A DNA stretch of 64,000 bases from Amoeboaphelidium protococcarum X5 (GCA_023515725.1 JALDTO010000251.1:496001-560000), one strand, 5' to 3'; shown: positions 12,594-25,983, numbered from the stretch's first letter. Notes: a model not told the origin generated them from the letters alone. Program-made: numbers and translations.

Positions 12594-13280
12594 TTTAAAA
12601 TGTCCTAGTGATTAATATTAAGTTTGAGCAGAAATGGAGGACATCCTGGTCCCTCTAGGTGGGTCACAGGCGAGACGTTGTAAAACTGCTTTGTGATCAA
12701 ATACTTGACGCTGATTAGTTCAATATAATTTAGTGCTTCGAATCCAACAACGTGACGCGCATCAAATTCAATATATCAGAGTAACACAACTTTAATCAAT
12801 TCGAGTAATCTTACGTCACGATCAACCAATCAGACATAGGTATAACATGAAAGCTTACAGTAGATGAAGCTGGTATGATATTGTAGAGCAACATGTAATA
12901 GTGCATCGATAGTTGGTGTTAATTTTTTAGAGTTGAAACATCCCTAGCAAGAACTCTTATTGGCAGTGGCACTTTATTTGTACAGCTTTAATTTCCCTTA
13001 TGAATATGAATGAATGTTTAAAGTGTTAATCAATTGCTGAAGATGCTTCATTGAGCCACAGCCTTTGGCTCTTCCGTAAATAAAATTGATCTCGCTTGAT
13101 TATTGTGACAATGTAGCGATGATGGGATTTTATCACGTTAAAGCCACTCATTGATTAAAAAGACTACTTGTTATAGAACGCATAATTGATTACAACATTT
13201 ATTACATTACAAATTTATTAACATTGTTAGCAACAGGTGTCAGTAGGACACATTCCAGCAAAGTACAGCAGCCAAACAAA

Positions 13281-14153
13281 TCAACCAGCCATATACTTGA
13301 CTCCGCCTTTGCCAATTCCGTGACGCTGTAAAGTTTGAATTATTTCATCCAACTTCTCAGGAGCGACTGATAAGCCCGGTACCAAACTGGCTATAACCGA
13401 TTTCAATACATCGGGATTAGCGAAGCTAGAAAGATCGCAGGCAGCTTCTTACTAAGTAGGCACGCTAACAGGAGATGGAGTTGGTGAAACCATAGGAGGA
13501 GGAGGAGGCGGAGGATTAGGATTAGATGGAGCCGGCGTATCTGATATAGCTGGAGTAGGTGGAGCCATAGTAGGAGGAGGAGTTGGAACCATAGCAGGAG
13601 GAGGAGTTGGAGCCATAGCAGGAGGAGGAGGTGGAGGAGGCGGATTAGATGGCGCCGGCGGATCTGCTGCAGCTGGAGCAGATTAGCCTGACGAGCACTT
13701 CTCGTCACGCGCCGCTGCATATAACATGACCCATCTGTCCCCGCTGCGTCCGATACCAGTTAAGAATTGTCTTGGATCAGTCATAGCACTATAATGCGAA
13801 GGCGATTTAGTCCAGCCATAGATTGCATCTTGAGGCTGCGAACACTTTGCCAAATTTTCTCCTGCAGAGGTTAAACGCATTCCGGCCTATTTCAAGCGCG
13901 TTGGAAGATCTGTTCCATCAGCTCCTTCATGTGACAAAGAGCCAGCAGCATTAAGCTCCTGGGCATGTTGCTGAGCAATTTGGTTTAATTTGTCATTAAA
14001 GCACAGCGGTTGGGCGCCCTTAGCTGCACGTTCAGCATTTACGAGTTGTAGCAACTGTTGTATTTCACTTGATACCGCCGCCAACGAGACTTGCATCAGA
14101 AAGCAAGATACCAGCGCCACTAAAAACTTTTAGGATATCATCATAATCATCAT
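13281..14153 (-). CDS. Secreted CAP/SCP protein 3 with poly-Pro linker (~290 aa)
   Basis: Track ORFs 13887-14120 and 13683-13880 join through TAG. VNAERAAKG, LSHEG, GENL, WTKSPSH. Ends RHGIGKGGVKYMAG-TGA. The start may be 14144. Confidence 0.9.
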
Positions 14154-15212
14154 ACAGTATTATACATTAAATGCAAATGACGAAAGAGAAGAAGTCGCGC
14201 ACTATCACATTTCACGGTGCGCAAGTAATAATGATACCATGCGGTACACAAACTTTTGCAGAGGACGCGCTGATTAGCGGATCACCATCTTTGAGGCATT
14301 TGCCTTCCAATTAGACATCTGCTATAGTGATTTTAGCCAAGCGGAGTACAAACTTTAATGATTATATAAATTGTCAGATTTATGATCAAACATCCACATG
14401 GAGCTGCTGCGCCTCATGCCGCAATATTCCCACGCTAAGGTTAGAAGTGAAACGGACTCAGATAAGGTCAAGCATGAGAATCTTTTCATGATAAGAAATA
14501 TAGTAACTTACATCATCCACTTTACTTATCATTTCTTAACATATTATATAAATGAACGTGTTGATAAAGAATTCGAGGTACTATCAGATAGCTATGATAC
14601 AAATGTATTGAGCTACAATGATACGCATTTTGTAATTACCTTACAGCATCAAGTCCTCGTCCCTGCTGCGTCTTTAAATGCGCATAGTAAAGTGACGATA
14701 CCGTATGCATAATATAAAAGCTTAAGTGCTTCTCAAACGCAATCTATTCTCTCTTATATCTAGAAATTGATTATTATTAAGATGGATTTGTTGTACATTT
14801 AGAGAAATGAAGAACAATATAAAGCATTCAATCCGTATAGTGTAACCCATCCTTTGTGAAGGCGGTTTCATTTGTTATAATGACGGCTCTTTACAGTACT
14901 CATCACACCTATATTTTATTTATACTTCATACATACATATATAAGCACTAAGCTGCTACTATATCTCGTACCGATGTCTTCATTTGAAGCCATGTGAAGT
15001 TTGTGTAACTTGGCCGTGACGCAGCACGCGTGATTGTGTAACCTCGAGATGAGCGTTTGCTTATTAGTGCGCCCTCATTGGATGGAGCATGTAGAACATC
15101 GTGAAGCTTTAACACATTGCAAGTCACTAGCTACTACTTCTTTTTCTTCTTCTTTCTACAATTATCTGAAACATTCCCTCTAGAAGCATCCTCGATATAT
15201 AGATATTTAGAA

Positions 15213-16100
15213 ATGAAAATCACTGCCGCCGTAATCGCCGTCGTAGCTGCGCTGTCTCAGTCCATTGAAGCTGGTAGTTTCCATTACGTCCCTCCTGTGG
15301 CTATTGAAGGATCTCCTATGATCGTGTCCTACTGCAGCAAAAATCTGCAGCTTAATCCAGCCAGGTTGAATATTGTCATTTAGAAGCACATCCCTGGCTT
15401 CTTTGGTAAAAAGGCTCCATAAGAGGATGTGATCAATCACAGCGAGATCAAATACCTCGGACCTGACAATTCTGTAAAAATGTCCAGAAATCAGTGCTTC
15501 CTGCTGGCATTTAAACCAAAGTTACTGCCTCCGTATCAGTCTAATGAAAAGCAAAACTACGAGAGTAAATCATAGTATGTGCTGAAAGCTAAGACTGCAG
15601 ATGGTTTCCTGTCTGGAGACACTACCTTTGGACACAAGTCTACCAGCAAGCCTTTCTAAATCGTTCCTCAATTTGAGCAACTGCAAGATCTGAGCCGAGT
15701 GGGCAATTCCCAGATTGACTCGCGTCAGCTAAGGGATCGTGTCCACCAGAAGAACATGGAAGTTCGTGGTCAACCCGGAGCTGCCATGTACTTTGGTCAA
15801 CCGCAACAGTAGTAAGCACATCATCAACAGCAAATGCCTCGTGGGCAGGAAAATCCTCAGCAGTATATTGATTAGACGAATCCCTTTGAGCAGTATGAAG
15901 GCGAGCCAGAAATGTCTCAACAAGATCAAATGGGCAATGCTCGTTTCCCGGAAATTGAAGAAAACGCTCAGGGGTCTCAGCGGGACTCTGGTTATGAAGA
16001 AGAAGAAGTGCCATCTAGATAAGGATCTATGGGTAGAGGTAATCCTAGATTTGGAGAACAAGAATCACAGCAGCTGCCACCTTGGATGTAAAGATCTTGA
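15213..16100 (+). CDS. Secreted protein, paralogue of 18007-18684, Gln/Glu-rich tail (295 aa)
   Basis: Signal peptide MKITAAVIAVVAALSQSIEA. The N-terminal ~150 aa align with the 18007 gene (AGSF..VP.V.I..SP.I..YCS.N...NP.RL, IKY.GP, C, AKT..G, S.PF). Confidence 0.85.
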
Positions 16101-16270
16101 AGAGAATGAAGTTCGAGGGGTAATCCATTTATATCGGATGGATGACGCATTGCTACGATTTAAGGTTTTGATAATTGATGAGCAAACATGGTTTAATAAT
16201 AAAATAAATTAATGAGCGAGCATTATCATCTTTATTAGATTATCCCGCACTTTATAAAGATATGTCGTAT

Positions 16271-17581
16271 TCAACTCTGCTATGCCAAAAAGGCTACCAA
16301 ACTCTTAGTCAAATATCGCACACCTTCTATTATCTAGTCTTAATCATAAAAAGCAAAACATAACCTCAAGGCGTTCTTGAAATTGTCCTGTTAAAGCGTA
16401 AACTTACTGCCAGGAGTAAAGGAAGAGATAATGAACTCTCCAGTGGGATTTGCCAGACAATACTCTTAAAATCTACCAGCATCAAATTTATCATCTTTCA
16501 CGACCACCCATACAAAGTATCCACCACCATTAAATTAAATGTATACCTTCTAATTCAACTCCTCGACCATTGTCTACAGACTATCTAACATCACTTAGGA
16601 TCTCAGCATTAGAGAAGACCGAAGTTGTACCAGATGTGATGACAAACGCGGCATACCACAGTTATCTGCGGAGAGCATTGATTTAAGCATAGTGACTGAA
16701 TTAAAGTGATTGAAACCGCCACCACTACCAGCGACTCCACAATCTTCTATGGCTTTCACAATATGGGTATTGCGACACTCTATCCAACCCAAGCGGATTC
16801 CAGGAGATAGAATTTTGGAAAATGTACAGTTGGATATCACCGCACCGCGCGTCTAATCACCATCAGGACAATAACTTAGTAATCGCTTTGGAACAGAAGA
16901 CGTTTAACTAACACTAAAATGCAGCATTTCGTAGACATCATCACAAATGACAAGTAGATTGTACTCATTTACAAGACGACTGAGAGACTAACGCTTGGAA
17001 TCAGACATTACTGATCCTGTTGGATTATTAAATGACGGGACAGTGTACAGGATGAATTGAAACTTGCCATCTTAGATTGATCTATGGTCAGCAGAAGATG
17101 ACAAATGGCGGGCCAGCAAATCTACATCTAAGCCATCATCTTCTTACTAAATCAATATGATATTAAAATCGGGCGATACATCTTGAAACAGCTTATAGAC
17201 TAGAAAATACGCCGGATCTTCGATGAATATAGTAGTGTGACGGTAATCTGCAAACGTGATAATCAGATTACTCAGGGACTATGAAGCACCGGAGGTGAGC
17301 ACAAGATGGTCAGCCTTAACTTTATCATCGCTGTACTCGTAGCGGAGAAATGCGGCCAACTACTCTAGAATATCAGAATCTCCCCTAGATGGCCCATATT
17401 GCAGAGCTTGACAAAGTTCTTAGTCGCCCATAGCAGTTGACTACTTCCACGCATTCCTCACCAATTCCATTGGCATCAAGTCATTAGATGGTGCACCAAT
17501 GGAGAAATTGATGTACTTTTAAGCATTATTAGATTTACCATTGGCAAGCACAGTGTCAAATAAAGTTTTCTAATTGTCCAT
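16271..17581 (-). CDS. PLP-dependent class I aminotransferase (2-aminoadipate/Aro8/YER152C-like)
   Basis: INFSIGAP, LQYGPSRG, TSGASQ (Q=TAG), IEDPAYF, PSFNNPTG, CDDVYE, TFSKILSPGIRLGW, GGYFVWV, LRLCFA. Confidence 0.92.
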
Positions 17582-18006
17582 ATCTCATACAATTGGCCGC
17601 AGTATGCAAAACCAGAAGAGACTTTACTCAAATGTTATGAATTCAGCCAAGTAGTTGAATAGAGTAAGGACGAATCCCAGCGATTGGTTACTGAGGAATC
17701 TCTACCAAACAACCACAGAACGAAACGTCTCTTGCAAATTCTCATTTGAAGAGTAATATCACGTAAACTAGCTTTACCATAACCAGTATGCGTAACTGAT
17801 GAAGGTACAAGATTTCCATCTTATGTTGTTACATTAGTAATGTGTTTTAGCTCGTCACGACAGTCACGTTCACTGATTGGCCATAACTAATGTGTAACCT
17901 TATGCAACTCTGATTTTTTACATACTTAATAAAGTCATTTAAATTCAATCTTATTCTTGCGAAAATTACTATACTCAGCCCTTCTATTTTTGCGAATCAT
18001 TAGTCT

Positions 18007-18684
18007 ATGAAGCATTTGCGTGTGGTAGGATTCATATCTCTCTTACTGTCGCAACTGATTTATGCTGGCAGTTTCGCAGAGGTGCCGCGCGTTGTTATTC
18101 GAGATTCCCCAGTCATCATAAAGTATTGCTCCCGTAATTTTGAATATAATCCTAGTAGGCTTCATTTTGCGATAAAGAAACATACAGGTCCATTGGGATT
18201 TATGGGGCGCAAGGTACAAAAAGAGGTCCCAATCGAGACTGACGCGATAAAGTATATTGGCCCGGCTGATGGCTCTCTAACCTCCTTCCATGAATGTTTT
18301 GAGTTTGCAATCAGTATTTAGGGGGCGCTGGATGCCTTCGTTACTGATGTCGACAAGTCTGATGTCAAGTATAGATTGATTGCTAAAACTGAATCTGGAA
18401 TGGCGCGTCAATCGGAACTGACAGAAAAGGCCGTCAGCAGTCCATTTACTGTGGTGAAAAAGTTTGATCAGCTCAAGTCGTTGTCGTAGTTGGCAACAGC
18501 GCAAGTGGATACTACAGTTTTGGCCAATAGTATAGAATAAAGTAATAAAGCTGAAAGACGTATTAATCCACATCGTCATTAGATTAACCTCAATGACTAC
18601 TTTCGAGAAATACCTACTAATAATAATAACAAAGATAGATACGCGACAAGCATAAGACCGCCAAAAATCCGTAGATCAACATGA
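18007..18684 (+). CDS. Secreted protein, paralogue of 15213-16100 (225 aa)
   Basis: Signal peptide and shared beta-rich N-terminal domain with two conserved Cys. Reads through TAG at 18319 to TGA at 18682. Confidence 0.85.
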
Positions 18685-18773
18685 TTATGCCTAAGGCGAA
18701 TGATGATTTTGATGGAAAATAAAAACTTAATCATGATTACTATTTGTTCGATAGTTTCTCTCCAGTCAATACC

Positions 18774-19949
18774 TCAGTTTTGTTTAAAATCATACTTGAC
18801 AGTTTTGGCTTCTTCATCGTAATAGCCAACAGAATCCTGCTAAGTACCAGCTAAGACATTCTTGAGCAATTACAACTCTGTAATAGATTAATCAATCTTT
18901 GAAAATATCTGCGATTGCAACCAGTTAATACGGCTCTACTCTTCAGCCATTTCTCTGGCACTAGGAAAAGCAACTCCATCGGTAATCTACTTCAAGAATC
19001 CCTATACGCGCCAGCACTTGTGCCTTGCATATTCTAGAGGAGTGACATGCTTTGGGTCTCCCTCAGCAAAGGTGGCATATTTCGTGCTATCGGCTTAGCG
19101 GTCCACTTGCCTGCTAATGTAACTGTTAACCAAAGTCATTCTGGGCTCTTTGGCAGACAAGACTTTCGTAACGTGATGCACCAATTTAGATCCTTGCATA
19201 AACATTGCATACCCTGCACTAGGATACTTCACCTTGACGGTTTGCAAGTCTTTTGCGTCTGAGGACAGTTGTTCAAATGCCAACTTGGCATCGGTTGGAA
19301 TAAGTTCAAACTCGCCACCAACCATTTCTGATACATTAGATAACATAACAACCATCACATAATCAACAGAGTCCACGTGCCATTTATCTACGGGCTTATC
19401 ACCACCAATAGCTCCAACATTTACTTAAGCATAATTCATTGGCATAGTGTGAGCAGCCACTTTGTCAATATTTCCATCATAATTATAGCCAGAAGCGAAT
19501 GTGCTCAACAGATTGTCTATAGCCACTGATCTACAGAAATCGCGGATAAACGGAGATGAATACCCAAGTCCACGAAGACACAGCGGTGTCCTGGCATCAC
19601 TCTATTTGATCAGAAGATTCTCAGCCGCCTATCTGTCAATAATCTTGCGCAATGCCTTCACACCTTTATCTGAAAGCAATCGAAACGGAGCGGTGTACGC
19701 TAATCCAGGCCATTCGTTGATTCCCTTAGTATCATTTATAGAATCCAAGCTAGTGCCTTATTTTCTATCAGATATGTGTTATTAGAATGCCAAATCCACC
19801 AAGTAATCTGGTGTAGACACATTAAGATGTACAGCTGGATCAAATACGCCAATATCAGCATCATCTTATTCCCACGTCACCCAGTTATCTGAAGGATGCA
19901 ATTACTCGGGTAACGTAGCAGGGAACTACAGAGGAAGGTTAAAGATCAT
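18774..19949 (-). CDS. Fe(II)/2-oxoglutarate dioxygenase-like protein (391 aa)
   Basis: LAYTAPFRLLS, WHVDS (HxD), MVGGE, MQGSKLVHHV (distal His), EPRMTLVNSY (2OG-binding Arg/Ser). Confidence 0.8.
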
Positions 19950-20205
19950 GATTATATTATAATTTAACCAGGGATTGCCTGTAAGAAATTCAATCTTAAC
20001 AACCATTAGAGCCAAGAATGGACATAATCTGGGATGTATGCTAATTTAAGGGTGATTTGATTGGATACCATGGCAACAGGAACTTCTAAATCCGATGATT
20101 GGAAATCTTTAAGTTGCCACTATGTCATTACACATCCGATTTACTTTGCCTTATTCTCTGTCAACTACAGTTCGCCCATTTAAATAGTCCATATAATCTA
20201 TCATC

Positions 20206-21390
20206 ATGGATCAACTTCTTGTCGAATCACCGACAGTATCTACGACGCAAAGTGAGGCTCGATACAATGGTTGGCGGCAATTGCTTAATTTAAACATTGA
20301 TCAGAAGCGCTATCTTATGCGCAAATTTGTGGTGGTGCGCGCCATCTTTGTGTCATTGACGTCATTAGTAAATATATTGGGAATCATATACTGGCTTGTG
20401 TCCTCGTCCATGCTGTATAATCCTTCCAATTAGAATGCTATTGCAAACTATGAGAGCCAATGTTTGAGCAACGTCACTGACGAGCGAGGTGTTATTCGCG
20501 CTGTGAAACTATCTTGTGTCCCTTAAAATGAATTCAGGGACAGATACTGTATGTTTGGTGCATCTAGTTGTCTTTTACTTCCCGATAAGAGTGGCTCCTT
20601 CTCTCAAGACTGCATATCGTATGCTCAGTAGACTGGTAGAGTCCGATGTCGCTACCTAAACACTAATCAAACTCGATGCATTCCATTCGTCGACAATCCT
20701 CATGCATGGAATGAGCAGGCTTCCATCACTTTCGTTGAGGCTGCGAATACTTACTATCCTAATTAGTTGGATTAATAGTGCGACATTATCGAGTCTCAGC
20801 TTCCTGTTGGCATTAATCAGCGCTTCCGAAAATATTTCAACAGAGAGTCTGCGAATATAACATCGCGAGAATTTGTGCCATATATTACTCGGCTCGATAT
20901 GAACACTGTCTTTATAATGGTTATATTTCTATCCTCATTGTCGCTCGCTGGTGAATTACTAAAGACAGTTATTTTACTACTGGCTCCCTTCTGGCAGTTT
21001 TGTCGCCGACCTGCTGTGTTTGTGTTCTGTACCAATGGCATACTGCTTCCTCAATTTATTCTATTCTCCAAGTTTTACAGGCATCTGGTAAAGTAGACAT
21101 ATCTCGAGTATTCCACGCAAGAGGTGGGTGAGACAGACGTTGTCATCCCAGCGAAACGTCGCTTCATTGCAAAGTATCAGATTCTTCTGGATTTCGTTGA
21201 CAGGACACCTCAATTTCTCTACGTTGTCTATCTTAGTGTGGTTACTCGCGCGCAAACTAACGCTTTGGCCTTTGCCATCCGCATAGTCAGTGGCTCGATA
21301 GGAATTTTGTTCACGTTCTACGTTGGATATCGCGTGTTCAAATTCAGTAAGCGGTAAACATTGGTAAAAAGCAGGGGCTCTGATGTTTGA
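20206..21390 (+). CDS. Multi-pass membrane protein with large Cys-rich lumenal loop (394 aa)
   Basis: Three track ORFs in one frame joined by TAR. TM1 is followed by a loop with ~8 Cys and N-glycosylation sequons, then 3-4 hydrophobic segments. Confidence 0.75.
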
Positions 21391-21686
21391 GTGACACTTC
21401 ATTTACATACATTCATCCCGTACATTAAGACATTTAAAATATCTTTTACAAGTGACCGGAACTGAAATTTAATTTAATGAACATATAAACAAACGATCCA
21501 CAACAAGACTTGCAGATCACACGGGTGAACAGTCAGTCCGTCGAGAGGATCGTTGCCAACGAAAAATCACGAGCGCCTCGACCCTAAACGGACGCTCGGC
21601 ACAAAGTCCCCGATTTGTCTATTTTTGAAAATCGTCACAGTGATATATATCAACACTACTTACTATAGATAATAATAATAATAACA

Positions 21687-22607
21687 ATGTTGGCTTTGAT
21701 TAAACAATCTGCTGGTTTTAACAAACCTATTTTGAATCGTATTAACTTTGGTCGTTTCAGCTTGAGTGTTCCCCTGAATAGACAATTGTCCTCTGCCGCC
21801 CCTCCTGCTTCCGATACAGCATTCTCTGGCAAGATTCCGGGTGTGAAGCCTGTGGGCATCCTACATCACCTGGGTGATCTACCGCTGGCTCATCCTAAGC
21901 CTGTGAGAAGTGAGTTTACTGGTTCGAAGAAGCTGACCACTGAAGATCTGAAGGCGCTGCCCGTCCGTCTTGGTTACCACTATCAGCCAAGAAATCTATC
22001 TGATCACATAGCGTATCGTCTAGTGAAGCTGCTGAGACTGCCCACAGATATCTTTTTTAAGAAGCGCTACTTGTCCAGAGCCGTGATGTTAGAGACGATC
22101 GCTGCGGTGCCTGGATTTGTGGCTGCCATGATGAGACATCTTACCTCTCTCCGTCTAATGTCTCATGATGGTGGCTGGATTGCCCATCTGTTGGAGGAGG
22201 CTACGAATGAGCGCATGCATTTGATGACTTTTGTCCAGCTTCTGCGTCCGTCCGTTTATGAACGTACTCTAATTGCTACTGTATAAGTGGTGTTTGTCGG
22301 ATGCTACTCCATCATGTATACTTTATTTCCCCGATGCGCCCACAGAATGACCGGATACTTGGAAGAGGAGGCTGTGATTAGTTATACCAGTTTTCTGGAA
22401 GAGTTGAAGAAGGGGAACATTGAAGACGTGCCTGCGCCAGAGTTGGCTCGTTGGTACTGGAATCTGTATGACTAGGCAAAGCTGTCAGACGTTGTAATGG
22501 CGATCAGATTCGACGAAGCTGCTCACAGAGACGTAAATCATGTTCTAAGTTGCCGCATCCAGGATAATTAGACGGATTTGCGTAAGCCATATGAGCCAAA
22601 GTTGTGA
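21687..22607 (+). CDS. AOX: Mitochondrial alternative oxidase
   Basis: [45 protein letters not shown] di-iron motifs, with an N-terminal presequence. The conserved Q before VVF is TAA. Confidence 0.97.
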
Positions 22608-23603
22608 AGTTATTAGTGTGTGTGCGTGCGTTTCAAGGTGATTGAGTGAAAGTTGAAAAATGGGAGATTTTGATAATAAATTACATATATATTACTATTG
22701 CTTTATACAAGGAGACGAAAAGCTTAAGGCTTTGTAGTCCACTGCTGCATCTACAACGATATCAGACAGTTGCACTTTCGTAAAATAGCACTAATGTTGC
22801 TGTTTGATAATGGTGCAAGCAACTGTAAAATCCGAGAGCTCTGTTAGTTTTTCGTTGCGGGAAATTTTCTGCAATTTCTTGGGGATTCGCGTACGCGTAT
22901 TCGCGCTAGGCAATGGCCTTTAAACAGCTTATGTCAACGTTCAAGGACATTTGCGGTGATAGTCGGGCTCTATAATGCTGATTTTACTTCACTAACTGAC
23001 CATACTGTACAGTCTTGGCCGTTGGTCAATGGCTTTGGAAGTTCCTCCTTTGCGTGCATTGTTGAACTGAAACAATAGCCCGATTCTGAGAACAGATAAA
23101 CGTTTATGTTCAAACCGCATCATCCCCTACAGCTACACTTAACGCGGCAATGCATGTAGTTTAAACATTCTGAACTGCTACGCGCTGTATTGAGCCTAAC
23201 GCGTCCTTTCAATCATGCTCAAGTATCGCGACACTCGTGAACTACAAGACGGGTTGAAGGTAGTATGGTGAATACTGATTTCTGAATTTGGTTTCAGCTA
23301 CCATTGGCGATTTCCGGCCATAACATACTTCACAACTCAATACGAGACATCCAATGGAGTAATAGATGAACTAAGAAATAGGAAAACGCGTTAGAATAGA
23401 GATATAGATATACTCAGCGTTATAACAAACGTCGATTTATTACATCAAATAGTATATTGTTAACTTTTCATGACTAGAGAGCATTTCGCACTAGAATTAA
23501 AGTGTTCCCAAAATATAGTTGCTTACACCATATACTTTATAGCGTTGAGTTAACCAGTCGAATAAAGTCTATTCATTCATGATCTTCAATAGCCAACAGC
23601 GCC

Positions 23604-23996
23604 TCAATGCCATCTTCGCGCTAGCTCTCTGACATTGGCACCATCCTACACACGCTTAATTTTAAATACGGAATTAACGCCATACTTTTGTATTATGCTA
23701 TTTTTGTGTTTTTGCGATACTGATTGATTTTGAATTGGATTCGCCACGCCGTATTTATCAATGCAAGTCTGCTACTTCTTATCCATTCTTACACGTTCCT
23801 GACATTAAATGCAATAAGCTCCACATTACTGTAACATGCGAAAACTCTTTTTGTGTATCGTGCCACATTAACATTTAAATTCTATAACTGATGAATTCTT
23901 CAGCTTTTGTTCGCAATTCATCAGTTACGCAGAGCTCCTGCTAATTGTGTATAATAATTGATCTTTGCTGTACATACAGAGGTGGCTATCAGTCAT
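23604..23996 (-). CDS. Zn-ribbon + KYGV-repeat protein resembling large-DNA-virus proteins (130 aa; possibly a truncated relic)
   Basis: Manual translation: ...IEFKCQCGTIHKKSFRMLQQCGAYCIQCQERVRMDKKQQTCIDKYGVANPIQNQSVSQKHKNSIIQKYGVNSVFKIKRVQ... Not in the standard-code track. Confidence 0.7.
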
Positions 23997-25983
23997 GTCC
24001 TTTCCCAATTTTTATGATAAGCACCGGTTAGATAGTAGTACAGAAGAGGAGCCAAACCTCCTTCAAATGTTCCAATCCATTGATATACTCTCAACGTCGG
24101 ATTACTTTTTTCCAAAAGAACACTGATCACTTCTCACACAAGCGGACAAATTATCAGACTCCGCATTGTCTCTATCAGCGGTATGCACAATTTTAGATAT
24201 ATACTCATTCACGAACTCAACCAAGCTAGCCAGCATTGGACTAGCGATACTTCACGACAGACTTTATACACAAAGGTCACAATGATGAGATACTAACCAG
24301 TCAGGAGCGTTCAAGCAGAGACACCAACAGAAGTATGATGAGCACAGATGTCAATAGGGATGCCAAAGCACGATTGGCACATTGATTCGCTTGTGGCTAT
24401 CTTCCTCAAATTGTTGTACCTGAGTGTAGTTCATAGATCTTGCCTGTAATCTATCTATTCGCTATCCAGCAGTTATATGATTTGACTAAGATTTCTCGTT
24501 TGAACAATCAGAACAAAAGAACCAGTTTTTCAATTTCAGTAAAAAGGCCGTTTGAAAGTCACGTGCCGCACACGCATTTAACCTTGTTATCAACTTGTTT
24601 AGCTTATAGCTTCCACCAGCCATTTAATATTTGAGAAATGTTAATTAATATCTCACTCAGCATTCTGCTTGGTGTCAAAAGTTGTAACGAACCGCTGTCT
24701 AAATAGAATGATGTGGTAGAGCTGTAATCTTATTCACGTTCTCCCTTAACGAATATTATAAAAATATCTATATCTTGAAATAAACTAAAGTGTAAATAAA
24801 TATATATCATTTTATAATTCAATGCAATACTAGGGCTATGATGGGCAATGCATAAATCATGGATATCGCACCAACTATGAAAGCAGGGAGCCCACGCGTC
24901 AACGATAGCCTCAATGATGTAACAGAGAGTAGAGTAATGAACAGAGCAGATGCCACAAACCATAATAGCAGAAACTACCATCCTTACAAGGCCATAACTT
25001 TTAAGAGAATACTTTCAAACACTAATATGATCTGCTCATAGAATGTTGTGAATCCTTTTGACAATAGACCAAGACGCGACAATGCCATTTCCACTTTACT
25101 TCCCCATAACTGTAGCAATCTATTCAATAGAAATTCTCTGTGCAAGTACTACGCTGAATGCGTCAATGGGAAATCACTTAATCCTTCACCGTACCATAAA
25201 GCTTGCTTCCATTACTAAACGGCATAATTTAATTGATCACGCGAACATTCAACAACTCCACCAAGAAGTTTAACATCAGCATGTAAACTTTTGGGACTAT
25301 CAGCGAGGCTTTGTGATGCAATTACCACATTCATAAACTAATGCAACGTATATAGCATGCCAGACAGAGTCATCCATACGATTAGAAGCACAGATTTAGT
25401 CTAACTCTATCTGACACCTTAGACTTCATTCAACTTGGCATTGATGGGAGCAAAAAACTCTGAAGATCCTTGCAAAGATGGTGGTAACTATTAATCTAAG
25501 GCATTAAGTTTACCAGATTATTAATCACCAAAACTTTCTGGAGCTAATTGTGATGCCATCTTGGATTCCTATTAAGCATACAATGAAGACTATTAATTTA
25601 ACTCAGACTTGATCTAATCTTTAGGCGTCATCTCATCGCTGTTTACTATAGACTGAACATTTTGATCAGTATTCTAACTCTTAACGGCATTCCGTATTTC
25701 ATCATCAGAAGGAGCTTAACCACCTTTGTAAAGTGTGGAGCTAATCTGCTACAACCTGTCCTATCCACCTTCCAAAATCTTTTACCTTCGCCGTTCTCTA
25801 CGCTCCTCAGGTGTCATTATATTATGATAATCGGCTGCGATTATTATGTGGCAATTCCATACAAAAGAGGCAACCGAAACGCGTCGATAAAAGGAGCGAA
25901 GAAGACGCGTCACTAAAAGAGTGTCTGAAGATTAAAAAGTTAAAGCAATGCTGAGAGTGATGAAACTTTATAAGATGAAGTGA

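Noticed and set aside
9747-13720. Long Leu-rich track ORFs 9747-10397 and 13403-13720
   Set aside because: Alternate-frame readings of the Pro-rich CAP linkers.
14398-14712. 104-aa ORF between CAP3 and the secreted gene
   Set aside because: No homology cues or signal features. It cannot be supported without expression data.
24859-25655. Long plus-strand frame with one internal TGA near 25235 (readthrough/selenocysteine or pseudogene?)
   Set aside because: With only one stop codon, 120-140-codon open stretches occur by chance. I saw no recognisable domain or SECIS.
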